Positions 19,720 to 29,192 are shown, counted from the first letter of the stretch. The stretch is 63,704 nucleotides of DNA from Bacteroidales bacterium (GCA_017646685.1 JAGCLZ010000016.1:1-63704); one strand, 5' to 3'. Notes: generated from the sequence alone by a model not told the origin. Translations and numbers: made by a program.

Positions 19720-20157
19720 CTAAAATATCTTGCTTATTTTTTCCACTCTACGTGTGTGTCTTCCACCTTCAAATTCTGTACTAATATATTTATCTACAAT
19801 ATTCAAGGCTACTTCTGCGGTTATGAAACGTGCCGGCATTGCTAATATATTTGCGTTATTGTGTTGACGTGCCAACTCGGCAATTTCAGGTGTCCAACAA
19901 AGTGCACAACGAACATTAGGATATTTATTTACAGTCATTTGTACACCATTGCCACTACCACATATTACTATACCACGTTCGTAAACACCATTATTGATAT
20001 CTCTTCCCAATGGATGAACAATATCAGGATAATCAACACTGTCGGAACTATTTGTTCCATAATCCTTCACCTCGTATCCTTTGTTCGACAAATATTCTTT
20101 TACAAGTTCTTTAAGTTCAAATCCTGCATGATCGCAAGCTATAGGAATAATATTCAT
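19720..20157 (-). CDS. rpiB: Ribose-5-phosphate isomerase B
   Basis: 145 aa with the RpiB/LacAB pattern (IACDHAGFELK, ICGSGNG). Confidence 0.9.
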   Translation of the reverse strand: MNIIPIACDHAGFELKELVKEYLSNKGYEVKDYGTNSSDSVDYPDIVHPLGRDINNGVYERGIVICGSGNGVQMTVNKYPNVRCALCWTPEIAELARQHNNANILAMPARFITAEVALNIVDKYISTEFEGGRHTRRVEKISKIF

Positions 20158-20192
20158 ACTTTTTCTCTTTGTTGATAATTATTTTATTTTTG

Positions 20193-20200
20193 CAAAGATA
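20193..20200 (-). promoter_or_regulatory. -7 box TAtcTTTG upstream of rpiB
   Basis: caaagata on plus, 36 nt upstream of the ATG at 20157. Confidence 0.55.
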
Positions 20201-20816
20201 CTTCATTTATCTAAACCATTCAATATATGAACAATTAAGTTTTGCACTATCTGCTGTTATTATCATTTATTTATTGATTATCAGAATATATATTTTATAA
20301 ACATTACACTTGTTGATAAATCAATAATAAGGCTATGATAACTTTGTTCGTATCTTTTTTGACACTCAAAAAGTTCATAAACCTCGTTTTATTCATCAGT
20401 TATCTACACATAAACCAACAAAAAAATAGTATAAAAATAATAACAATTATATGTTCAATAAGTAATAAACATATGTTCAAAACAAAGATTATAATTTGAA
20501 AAACAAGTAATTAAAATGTAAATAATTTGTTCATAAACTAAACTTATTGTTATTTCAAAATATTATCAGTCTTTTTTTTGAACCAAACTAACAGCATAAT
20601 AAAAAGAAAAAATATATTTATAAAAGATATATATTTATTATTACTAAAAAGATGGTTTATTTTTTGACCAATAAAAGATATTTTTATATCAATCAAACCT
20701 CTTGGTTAAATTAAATCCGGAGTGTTTGATTTTGTAGATGCGCATTTGCAAGAATATTCTGATATACAAATAAAAAAAACATAACAAACATCAAATATAA
20801 ATTCCTTACTATGGAG

Positions 20817-20878
20817 ATTTATCTACATCACGTAGTAGTTGAATTTCAATCACGATGGAAATTCAACTGCATCACGAG
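20817..20878 (+). repeat. Hairpin repeat, family A (subtype with catcacg motifs)
   Basis: Perfect 10-bp stem gttgaatttc/gaaattcaac (20838-47 / 20858-67). Related copy at 36321-36379 in inverted orientation. Confidence 0.7.
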
Positions 20879-20950
20879 GCATTTTTAGACTATATATTGA
20901 CTTGCGATTGACAGTATACTATCACACTCGTAACACCCTATTGTAAACAG

Positions 20951-21160
20951 ATTGATGGTAGGGTGTAAAATTTAATTCATTCAACGGGTATATCATAATA
21001 TATTTTTATTCGTATATAGGCAAAAATGATGGTATATAATCTTGTTTGTGATACCATATCATTGCGATATTGATAATAGGGTATTGATCTATGAGTGTAT
21101 AATTTTTAATTCATATAATGGATAAAATCTATATTTTTATTCGTATCTTTGCAAACTAAA
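20951..21160 (+). repeat. Tandem duplication (about 100-115 bp) of the nadA promoter-proximal region
   Basis: attgatggtagggt..gtgtaaaatttaattcat..atatttttattcgtat recurs as attgataatagggt..gtgtataatttttaattcat..atatttttattcgtat. Only the second copy keeps TAtcTTTG. Confidence 0.65.
21144..21151 (+). promoter_or_regulatory. -7 box TAtcTTTG upstream of nadA
   Basis: tatctttgcaaac lies 74 nt upstream of the ATG at 21225. Confidence 0.55.
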
Positions 21161-21224
21161 AGTAAAGTAAAAGCAGAGTTTACTTTATTATTAATGGTTT
21201 ATATAACAATAATATAAGATTTAT

Positions 21225-22166
21225 ATGGATAATATTGAACTTATAGGAAAGATAAAGAAATTAAAGAAAGAAAAAAATGCTATAATCTTAGGGCATTATT
21301 ATCAAATAGATGAAATACAGCAACTTTCTGATTATATAGGCGATAGTTTGGCATTGGCCGAACAGTCTAGAAAGGTGGATTGTGATATTATAGTTTTTTG
21401 TGGAGTGCATTTTATGGCAGAAACTGCCAAGATTTTAAATCCCTCAAAAAAAGTGTTGTTGCCTGATATTAGTGCAAGTTGTTCGTTGGCAGATAGTTGT
21501 CCTGCTAGTGAATTTGCAAAATTCAAAGCAAAGTATCCAGACCATACAGTTATCTCTTATATCAATTGTTCGGCAGAAATAAAGGCTTTGTCAGATATCA
21601 TTTGTACTTCAGGTAATGCCGAAAAACTTGTAGGTTCTTTACCAAAAGATGAGAAGATAATATTTGCTCCAGACAGAAACCTTGGCGGATATATTAACCG
21701 TATTACCGGTCGTAATATGGTTTTGTGGAATGGTGCATGTGAAGTTCATGATGCTCTTACAGCTGATACTATATTGCGTTATAAGCAACAATACCCTGAA
21801 GCCAAAGTAATTGCGCACCCTGAATGTAATGATACTGTTTTGCAAGTAGTGGATTTTGTTGGCTCTACAAATGCTATGCTTAAATATGTAAAAAACATTG
21901 ATGTAAAACAAATTATAGTTGCTACCGAAACAGGAATAGTATATCAGATGCAAATTGAAAATCCTAATAAAGAATTTATAATTGTAAGTAATAGTGGATG
22001 TAATTGTAACGATTGTCGTCATATGAAGATGAATACATTAGAAAAATTATATTCATGTTTGGCTACAGAAAAGCCAGAGATAATAATGAATTCGGAATTG
22101 ATAGAAAAAGCCAAAGCTCCTATAATAAGAATGTTGGAAATATCTAAATCGTTGAATTTAATATAG
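21225..22166 (+). CDS. nadA: Quinolinate synthase NadA
   Basis: 313 aa with a NadA-typical N-terminus (ILGHYYQ..IQ..SD.IGDSL.LA) and Cys ligands. Confidence 0.9.
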   Translation: MDNIELIGKIKKLKKEKNAIILGHYYQIDEIQQLSDYIGDSLALAEQSRKVDCDIIVFCGVHFMAETAKILNPSKKVLLPDISASCSLADSCPASEFAKFKAKYPDHTVISYINCSAEIKALSDIICTSGNAEKLVGSLPKDEKIIFAPDRNLGGYINRITGRNMVLWNGACEVHDALTADTILRYKQQYPEAKVIAHPECNDTVLQVVDFVGSTNAMLKYVKNIDVKQIIVATETGIVYQMQIENPNKEFIIVSNSGCNCNDCRHMKMNTLEKLYSCLATEKPEIIMNSELIEKAKAPIIRMLEISKSLNLI

Positions 22167-22174
22167 ATTGTTTT

Positions 22175-22669
22175 ATGAATGGTCAACAAATTGTTTACGA
22201 TTTTTTGGACAGCAATAATATTTCCTACGAGTATATAGAGCATCCTGCAGCTCCAACTATTGATATAGCTAAGCAATATGTAGGAGGGGATGGAATTGTA
22301 CTTTGTAAAAATCTTTTCTTTCGAAATCATAAAGGCAATAAGCATTATCTTGTAATTATGGATTCATCACATCAGATGGATATACATGATATAGAAAAAC
22401 AATTGCATCAAGGTAAGTTGAGTTTTGCATCACCAGAGCGAATGATGAAATATCTTGGTGTAACTCCAGGTTCTGTATCTCTTTTCACTTTACTTAATGA
22501 TATAAATCATGAAGTAATATTATTTATAGATGAATCTTTGAAAACTAGTGAAAAAGTTAGTTTTCACCCAAATGATAATACGGCTTCGTTATTAATAAGT
22601 GGAAAAGATATGTTGAAATTTATAGATTTAATGCAAAATAATAAAGAATTTCTTCAGTTATATCAATAA
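22175..22669 (+). CDS. YbaK/ProX-type aminoacyl-tRNA deacylase domain protein
   Basis: 164 aa resembling the prolyl-tRNA synthetase associated (YbaK/EbsC) domain. Confidence 0.7.
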   Translation: MNGQQIVYDFLDSNNISYEYIEHPAAPTIDIAKQYVGGDGIVLCKNLFFRNHKGNKHYLVIMDSSHQMDIHDIEKQLHQGKLSFASPERMMKYLGVTPGSVSLFTLLNDINHEVILFIDESLKTSEKVSFHPNDNTASLLISGKDMLKFIDLMQNNKEFLQLYQ

Positions 22670-22900
22670 AAATGAACGAAAAATATTGTCAAATGTTTAT
22701 ATATTACATATATTGTTTATAACTATAAAAAATAGTAAAATATAATATGTTTTTATTGTTTATAATATCTTGATTTATAAATAAATATAGTGTAGTTTCA
22801 CGTGAAACAAAATGTTATTGTTTAATGTCTTTATTATTGGTTAAATATTTTGTTTTTTGTAGTTTGTTTTATTATATGTTGTAGTCTAAAAATTGTTTGA

Positions 22901-23560
22901 ATGATAGTTGATAATTATATATCTAATCATATTATACCTCTGAAGTTAGATGATGATTTTTCTTTATCTACTAGATTGATGGATGAAGGTAAAATGTCAT
23001 ATTTTCCTGTTTTAAATGGTAATACCTATTGTGGTTTGATATCTGATTTAGATATCTATGAACTTGAAGATTTAGGTGTGAAAATTATAGATAGGAGGGA
23101 TTTGTTGAAAGATTTGTATATTTATAATAGTCAAACTCTGTTTGAAGCTACATCTATAATTTTGGATAATTCGTTGGATATATTACCTGTTGTTGATAAA
23201 AATAAAAAATATCTTGGTGTACTTACTGTATATAAACTTTTGGAAGCTTATTCTACTTATACAGCTGCCAATCAACAAGGTGATGTTATACAAATAATAT
23301 TGAATTATAATGATTTGTATATAAGTGAGATTTCACGTATTATTGAAAATGAAGATGCACGTATTATTAATCTTTTTTTAGTACCTGTATCGGAATCAAC
23401 ACAAGTAAGATTGATAATAAAATTAAATAAAATGGGTTTGTGTAGGGTGGTGAAGGCATTGGAAAGATATAATTACAAAGTAGAATATTTTTATCAATAT
23501 ATGGCAGAAGAGAATTTGTCTGATAATTATGGATTATTGATGAAATATTTGAGTATGTAA
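22901..23560 (+). CDS. CBS-domain pair protein
   Basis: Two CBS-like segments (YFPVLNGNTYCGLIS; ILPVVDKNKKYLGVLT). Confidence 0.65.
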   Translation: MIVDNYISNHIIPLKLDDDFSLSTRLMDEGKMSYFPVLNGNTYCGLISDLDIYELEDLGVKIIDRRDLLKDLYIYNSQTLFEATSIILDNSLDILPVVDKNKKYLGVLTVYKLLEAYSTYTAANQQGDVIQIILNYNDLYISEISRIIENEDARIINLFLVPVSESTQVRLIIKLNKMGLCRVVKALERYNYKVEYFYQYMAEENLSDNYGLLMKYLSM

Positions 23561-23581
23561 AAATATAAAAATGATAAATAA

Positions 23582-24583
23582 ATGAAGCACCGTACAATAC
23601 CTATTTTTGTTCCTGAATTGGCTTGTCCAAATCAATGTATATATTGTAATCAACGTATTATTTCCGGACAATTACAAATACCTACAAACGAAGAAATCAT
23701 AAATACTATAGAAACTCATTTATCTACATTTGATAGTGATACTTATGTAGAACTTGGATTTTTTGGAGGAAATTTTACAGGAATAGAACTTGAGGAGCAA
23801 CAACGCTTGTTTTCGCTTATAAAACCTTATTGTGATAATGGTAGTATAAGAGAAGTAAGACTTTCGACAAGACCCGATTATATTAATGAAGAAATAATAG
23901 ATTTTCTTTTAAAAAACAATGTTACTACTGTGGAACTTGGTGTGCAGTCGTTGGATGAAGATGTGTTGAATACTATACAACGGGGTTATACGCCACAGCA
24001 AGTGATGGATGCTGTAAATCTTATAAAAAGTAGTTCTATTAAATTGGGTATGCAAATGATGGTAGGATTACCAAAAGATACACCACAAAAATCGTTGCTT
24101 ACGGCACAGAAAATAGTAGAGTGGGGTGCTGATAATACTCGGATATATCCTACTTTGGTTATACAGCATACCAAATTGGCCGACTGGTATAAACAAGGAA
24201 TTTATTCGCCTTTGGCTTTAGATCAAGCCATTGATTGGGTGAAACCTATATTATATCATTTTGAGAAAAATAATGTAACAGTACTTCGTGTGGGTTTGCA
24301 TCCTACAGAGGGTTTTATTAATGGTACCGATTATATTGCCGGTCCTTTTCATGTAGCTTTTAAAGAGTTGGTTCAAACCGAAATATGGTACGATATATTT
24401 TCAAAGGCTAATTTTGATACATCCAACACAGAAATTATTGTAGATGTACCTTCGCATCAGGTAAATGCTGCTGTAGGTCATCATGCCAAAAACAAGGCTA
24501 TGTTACAGTCTCTATACAAACGAAAAATAAAAATTGTAGCCAACGATGATATTGCTATTTACAATTTTAAGCAGGTTAGATAA
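23582..24583 (+). CDS. Radical SAM protein (ELP3/HemN-like)
   Basis: CPNQCIYCNQ (CxxxCxxC) at the N-terminus, with TIM-barrel length. Confidence 0.8.
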   Translation: MKHRTIPIFVPELACPNQCIYCNQRIISGQLQIPTNEEIINTIETHLSTFDSDTYVELGFFGGNFTGIELEEQQRLFSLIKPYCDNGSIREVRLSTRPDYINEEIIDFLLKNNVTTVELGVQSLDEDVLNTIQRGYTPQQVMDAVNLIKSSSIKLGMQMMVGLPKDTPQKSLLTAQKIVEWGADNTRIYPTLVIQHTKLADWYKQGIYSPLALDQAIDWVKPILYHFEKNNVTVLRVGLHPTEGFINGTDYIAGPFHVAFKELVQTEIWYDIFSKANFDTSNTEIIVDVPSHQVNAAVGHHAKNKAMLQSLYKRKIKIVANDDIAIYNFKQVR

Positions 24584-24639
24584 TTATAAAACAAATTGAC
24601 TTTTAAGTTATACCTTAAGACAACTCAACTTGATAAGAA

Positions 24640-24686
24640 AAACGAAGAAAATACATTATAGTATAGAGGTATTTTCTTCGTTTTGT
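24640..24686 (+). terminator. Hairpin terminator after the radical SAM gene
   Basis: acgaagaaaatac / gtattttcttcgt stem followed by tttt. Confidence 0.6.
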
Positions 24687-24850
24687 ATTTTTATCTACAA
24701 TTTGTGGATAAAAATAATTGCAGTATGTTTAAATTTTACTCTTTAAATAAGCCGGGTAGATTTGTTTTTTCTTTTAATTTTTCAACCCTTACATTGATGT
24801 CTTCAAAAAATCTAATAAGCTCTCTTTTTGGAAGATTGGAGAAAAAATAG

Positions 24851-24858
24851 TATCTTTG
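24851..24858 (+). promoter_or_regulatory. -7 box TAtcTTTG upstream of gldF
   Basis: tatctttgcaaatt lies 91 nt upstream of the ATG at 24949. Confidence 0.5.
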
Positions 24859-24948
24859 CAAATTGTTTTTTTTATAACAACGCAATTATAATATTGCTAC
24901 AACGTTTATTGTAAGTTAATTAAGATAGAATAATAATATAGTATTGAT

Positions 24949-25686
24949 ATGTTTACATTGTATAAAAAAGAGTTGGGAAGTTTTTTTTCGTCGTTGATGG
25001 GTTACCTTACCATCATTGTTTTCTTACTTCTCAATGGTTTAATGTTGTGGGTATTTAATTCCGATTTTAATATTATGGACTATGGTTATGCAGGTTTGGA
25101 TGGGCTTTTTCTTATAGGACCCTTCTTGTTTTTGTTTCTCATTCCTGCTATTACCATGCGTATGTTTTCAGAAGAAAAGAAGAATGGAACCATAGAACTT
25201 TTGTTTACCAAACCATTGAGCGAATATCAAATAATATTTGCAAAATTATTGGCAGGTATCACTTTGGTGTTTATTTCCATATTACCCACTTTGGTTTATT
25301 ACGTAAGTGTTTATCTTCTTGGCGATCCTATAGGTAATGTTGATACGGGTAGTGTTGTGGGTTCATACATAGGTTTGCTCTTTTTGGGTAGTGCGTTTGT
25401 GTCCATAGGCCTATTCTCGTCGGTGCTTACAAACAATCAGATAGTGGCATTTATAATAGCAATACTGCTATCGGTGTTTTGTTATCTTGGTTTCGAAACG
25501 CTTTATAATATGGATATCTTTGGTTCGTTGAACCTTTTTGTACGTTCGTTGGGTATGCGTTATCACTATGAGTCTATAAGTCGTGGTGTAATAGACACAC
25601 GCGATGTGCTATACTTCCTCAGTATTATTGCCCTTTTTGTTATGCTTACCCGATTGGTATTACAATCACGTAAATGGCAGAAATAA
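24949..25686 (+). CDS. gldF: Gliding-motility-associated ABC transporter permease GldF
   Basis: 245 aa ABC-2 type permease immediately upstream of a GldG-like gene. Confidence 0.8.
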   Translation: MFTLYKKELGSFFSSLMGYLTIIVFLLLNGLMLWVFNSDFNIMDYGYAGLDGLFLIGPFLFLFLIPAITMRMFSEEKKNGTIELLFTKPLSEYQIIFAKLLAGITLVFISILPTLVYYVSVYLLGDPIGNVDTGSVVGSYIGLLFLGSAFVSIGLFSSVLTNNQIVAFIIAILLSVFCYLGFETLYNMDIFGSLNLFVRSLGMRYHYESISRGVIDTRDVLYFLSIIALFVMLTRLVLQSRKWQK

Positions 25687-25724
25687 AACTAAATCATTAA
25701 TCAACTTGTAGAAAATAATCATAT

Positions 25725-27521
25725 ATGAAACTTAAAGATATCAAACTTTTCAAAGAAAAGAATCCTGAAAGTAAACAAAAACGCAGCCTCAAACGTTCGC
25801 ATATAATAGAGGTAGTGGCTGCAATTTTCATTATTATTTTTCTGAATATAATAGGTAATTATCTATATGTTCGTTTCGACCTTACGTCCGAAAAGCGTTA
25901 CACACTTTCAAAAGCCACCAAACGTTTGCTTAAAGGAATAGACGAAACAGTACTAGTCCGAGTATATTTGGAAGGTAACGAACTTCCACCCGATTTTGTA
26001 CGTTTGCAAAACGAAACCAAGGAAATGCTCAATCAATTTCGTGCATATAACAAGTATATAGAATATGAGTTTGTCAATCCTACCGATTTTGATGACCCTA
26101 AGGAACAGAAAGTATTCTACCAAAAACTTGCACAAAAGGGTATACAGCCAAGCCGTATAGAACTGAAAACTCCCGATGGTATAAAGCAGCAGCTGGTTAT
26201 ACCTGCTGCCGACGTGTTCTTTAAAGGTCAGGAAACATCAGTTCAATTGTTGTTGGGACAAAGCTATGTATCCGATGCCGAGCTGATAAACAACTCTATC
26301 CAGTCGTTGGAATATACTCTTACCGACGCTATACGCCGGCTTGGTCGAGGCGAAAAACAGCGTATTGCCTTCCTTCAAGGACATGGCGAGCTTGAACGAC
26401 ATGCCATATACGACATACAGCTAGCTCTTACAGACTACTATGCTATGGAAAATATAACCCTCGATGGCAATGTAAATGCACTTACCGAAAGGGTGATAAG
26501 TGCATCCGATTCTACCGATATAGATTTTCGTAACAAATTTAAACTTCTAGTAGTACCCAAACCAACCAAGCCTTTCAGCGACGAAGATTTATATATAATA
26601 GACCAATTTGTGATGTATGGAGGTAGAGTGTTGTGGCTTGTTGATGCTTTGGATATAGAGATGGATAGTTTGGCCACACGCAGCCAAGCCATGGCTATGC
26701 GTACCGATTTGGGATTGGGATTCGACGAGATGATGTTTACCTATGGTGTACGTATCAATCCAAACCTTGTTATGGACATACGTTGTATGCCTATACCTAT
26801 GGCAGGTGGCTCTATGGGCAACAATCCTCAGATAGGTTTCCGCCCATGGTATTATTTCCCCGAAGTGGTACCATTATCAAAACACCCCATAGTAAAGAAC
26901 CTTGATGTGATAAAAACAGAGTTTGTCAACAGTATAGATATTATAGATAACGAAATACGTAAAACAGTGCTGCTTACCACTTCCGAATATTCGCGTGTGG
27001 TGAATGCTCCTGCTGTTGTAGACCTTAACATTGCACAAACAGAGCCCGATCCACGGTTATTCAACAAGTCTAATCTACCCATAGCAGTACTATTGGAAGG
27101 CTCCTTCAAATCGCCTTGGAAAAACCGTCTTGCACCTTCCTTTACCGAAATACCGGAAATGGGATATCGTAGCGAGGGCGAACCAAACAAAATGATAGTA
27201 ATATCGGATGGCGATATTATAAAGAATGCTTTCAACTACAAGCAAAACTTTCCTTATCCTCTTGGATACGACAAATATACCAATATCCTTTATGCCAACA
27301 AAACTTTTATACTCAATGCTATCAACTACCTTTGTGGAGATGAGGATTATATGGAGTCGCGTTCGCGTGAGATAAAGATTCGCAAACTTAATGTAGCCAA
27401 AATAAAAGAAAACCGTTCGATGTATCAGGTTCTGAACACCGTAGTACCTATAGTGATAGTAATACTTGCAGGTGTGGTGATAATGATAGTTCGCAAAAAC
27501 AGATATAAAAAGAAATACTAA
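25725..27521 (+). CDS. gldG: Gliding-motility-associated ABC transporter substrate-binding component GldG
   Basis: 598 aa with N- and C-terminal TM anchors and GldG-like sequence. Confidence 0.8.
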   Translation: MKLKDIKLFKEKNPESKQKRSLKRSHIIEVVAAIFIIIFLNIIGNYLYVRFDLTSEKRYTLSKATKRLLKGIDETVLVRVYLEGNELPPDFVRLQNETKEMLNQFRAYNKYIEYEFVNPTDFDDPKEQKVFYQKLAQKGIQPSRIELKTPDGIKQQLVIPAADVFFKGQETSVQLLLGQSYVSDAELINNSIQSLEYTLTDAIRRLGRGEKQRIAFLQGHGELERHAIYDIQLALTDYYAMENITLDGNVNALTERVISASDSTDIDFRNKFKLLVVPKPTKPFSDEDLYIIDQFVMYGGRVLWLVDALDIEMDSLATRSQAMAMRTDLGLGFDEMMFTYGVRINPNLVMDIRCMPIPMAGGSMGNNPQIGFRPWYYFPEVVPLSKHPIVKNLDVIKTEFVNSIDIIDNEIRKTVLLTTSEYSRVVNAPAVVDLNIAQTEPDPRLFNKSNLPIAVLLEGSFKSPWKNRLAPSFTEIPEMGYRSEGEPNKMIVISDGDIIKNAFNYKQNFPYPLGYDKYTNILYANKTFILNAINYLCGDEDYMESRSREIKIRKLNVAKIKENRSMYQVLNTVVPIVIVILAGVVIMIVRKNRYKKKY

Positions 27522-27538
27522 TAGATTAATAATTATAA

Positions 27539-28627
27539 ATGATGAAAAAGAGGAATATAGTTATTATATGCACAGTGGTGCTTTTGGGTTTGGTAGCACT
27601 TGCCGTTGTACGATCCATGTCTAAATCTTCCACATTAGAGCAAGATTATCATGTAGAAGATATTGATGCTGTAACCAAGTTGTATTTGTCAAACAAGTTT
27701 GATGTCAACCTTCTTTTGGAGCGTGTAGGCTATGGCGACGATGATACCCTTTGGCTTGTAAACGAACAGTATGCTGCCAACCAACCATTGGTAGACATAT
27801 TGTTGGAAACACTGCACGAAATGCGTATCCGCCAGCATGTAAATCGCACTGCTGTACCCAATATTATCAAAAACCTTTCGGTAAGCAGTATCAAAGTCGA
27901 AGTGTATCAGAAAGTATATCTTATAGATTGGTTTGGTGGGAAGCTACATTTGTTTCCTTCCGAAAAACTTACACGAACCTATTATGTGGGCAATGAAACC
28001 CAAGACAATATGGGTACCTACATGTTCCGCGATGGCGATAAAGAGCCCTACATAGTGCATATACCCGGCTTCCGCGGATTCCTTACTCCGCGTTTCAACC
28101 CCAATCCACCGCTATGGCGTACACGAAAAATCGTACACTGCGATGTCCAAGACCTTAAGTCGGTACGTGTAGAAATACCTCAGGCTCAAAATGAATCATT
28201 CGAGGTGGTACGCAATGGCGAATCGTTCGATTTGAGATTGTTGCAAACCAACACCGTGGCACCTCAGTTTGATACCGCAAGGGTGGCCCAGTTGCTATCT
28301 TCGTTTTCAAACCTCAACTTCGACGAGTATGCATCCGTAGTTCCGAAGGTAGAGCTGGACACAACCTTCTCACGACCACCGGGATTTGTACTTACCGTTA
28401 CCGATATGAACGACCGTGTGCGCTCGTTGCGAACATACGTCAAGTTTACCAATCCCGAGCTTATTGCCGAGATGGAAGGAAGAGACTTGTCCGAGATATT
28501 TGATGTGGACCGCCTTTATGCCATATTGGACAATTCCGACACCGTGCTTATCCAATATTACGTGTTCGACAATATATTGCAACCGGCAAGCTACTTCCTG
28601 GGAAAAGATATCAATGTAGCAAAATAA
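27539..28627 (+). CDS. DUF4340-like membrane-anchored protein
   Basis: 362 aa with an N-terminal anchor. The usual partner downstream of gldG (from memory). Confidence 0.6.
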   Translation: MMKKRNIVIICTVVLLGLVALAVVRSMSKSSTLEQDYHVEDIDAVTKLYLSNKFDVNLLLERVGYGDDDTLWLVNEQYAANQPLVDILLETLHEMRIRQHVNRTAVPNIIKNLSVSSIKVEVYQKVYLIDWFGGKLHLFPSEKLTRTYYVGNETQDNMGTYMFRDGDKEPYIVHIPGFRGFLTPRFNPNPPLWRTRKIVHCDVQDLKSVRVEIPQAQNESFEVVRNGESFDLRLLQTNTVAPQFDTARVAQLLSSFSNLNFDEYASVVPKVELDTTFSRPPGFVLTVTDMNDRVRSLRTYVKFTNPELIAEMEGRDLSEIFDVDRLYAILDNSDTVLIQYYVFDNILQPASYFLGKDINVAK

Positions 28628-28651
28628 AATTTATATATCTCAACCAAAAAA

Positions 28652-28689
28652 GGCTTGATTCTCATGAATGAGAGAATCAAGCTTTTTTT
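28652..28689 (+). terminator. Rho-independent terminator of the gldFG operon
   Basis: gcttgattctc-atgaatg-agagaatcaagc followed by ttttttt. Confidence 0.75.
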
Positions 28690-28837
28690 GGTTGTAATGT
28701 GTATGCCAATTTGCGCTTGTGATATGTATAAACAACAAGACTGTATTGGCTTTGTGTGTTTTAGTACTGTTACACCTCGTTTTTTACCTCTCCACACACG
28801 CCCTTCCAACCCGGCACACCCTGCCGCCATACACGTT

Positions 28838-29192
28838 GTATAAACCTCACATATCCGACTCTAAAACTTTGTAAACTCGATTATAAAACCTCATAGGCAC
28901 GCTTGTGAAACGAATTCCAAAGTTTGGAACAGCTGTTCCAAACTTTGAAACGTGTTTATAAAACGAGCAAAACAAGTTTTAGACACATTCCGATGCAGTT
29001 TTTGGAACGTTCCACAGCAGTTTTCGAAACGCCTATGCCCGACAAGGGAGGCTACCGCCTATGCTACAGCCCTACATATAGCTTCCCATTCATAACCCTG
29101 CGGGTTACGACCCGTAAGTGCCATAGTTTTGACCCGTAACTCTCATGGTTTTGACCCCTAAGTATGCCACTTTTTACCCTTCTGCGCTGTCC
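28838..29192 (+). repeat. Array of degenerate ~22-bp tandem units (GTTTT-phased)
   Basis: GTTT(T/A) at 28953/28976/28998/29020 and at 29103/29126/29148/29170. Unit cores resemble those at 55892-55964 and 59766-59837. Confidence 0.7.

Noticed and set aside
20171-20827. DnaA boxes taken as proof of oriC.
   Set aside because: I found only one-mismatch variants (TTATCAACA x2, TTATCTACA x2), and TTATCTACA is itself part of repeat family A found elsewhere. I kept this as a low-confidence hypothesis, not as a feature call.
21152-21224. Possible NAD+ (nadA-motif) riboswitch in the nadA 5' leader.
   Set aside because: Only a simple hairpin (aaagtaaa...tttacttt) is visible. I cannot recognise the tandem bulged-stem domains of the nadA motif, and that motif is known from a different phylum. 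Not supportable by eye.
28838-29192. Possibility that the 22-bp arrays are a degenerate CRISPR array.
   Set aside because: The units are contiguous with no spacers and are far shorter than CRISPR repeats. No cas genes are in the window.
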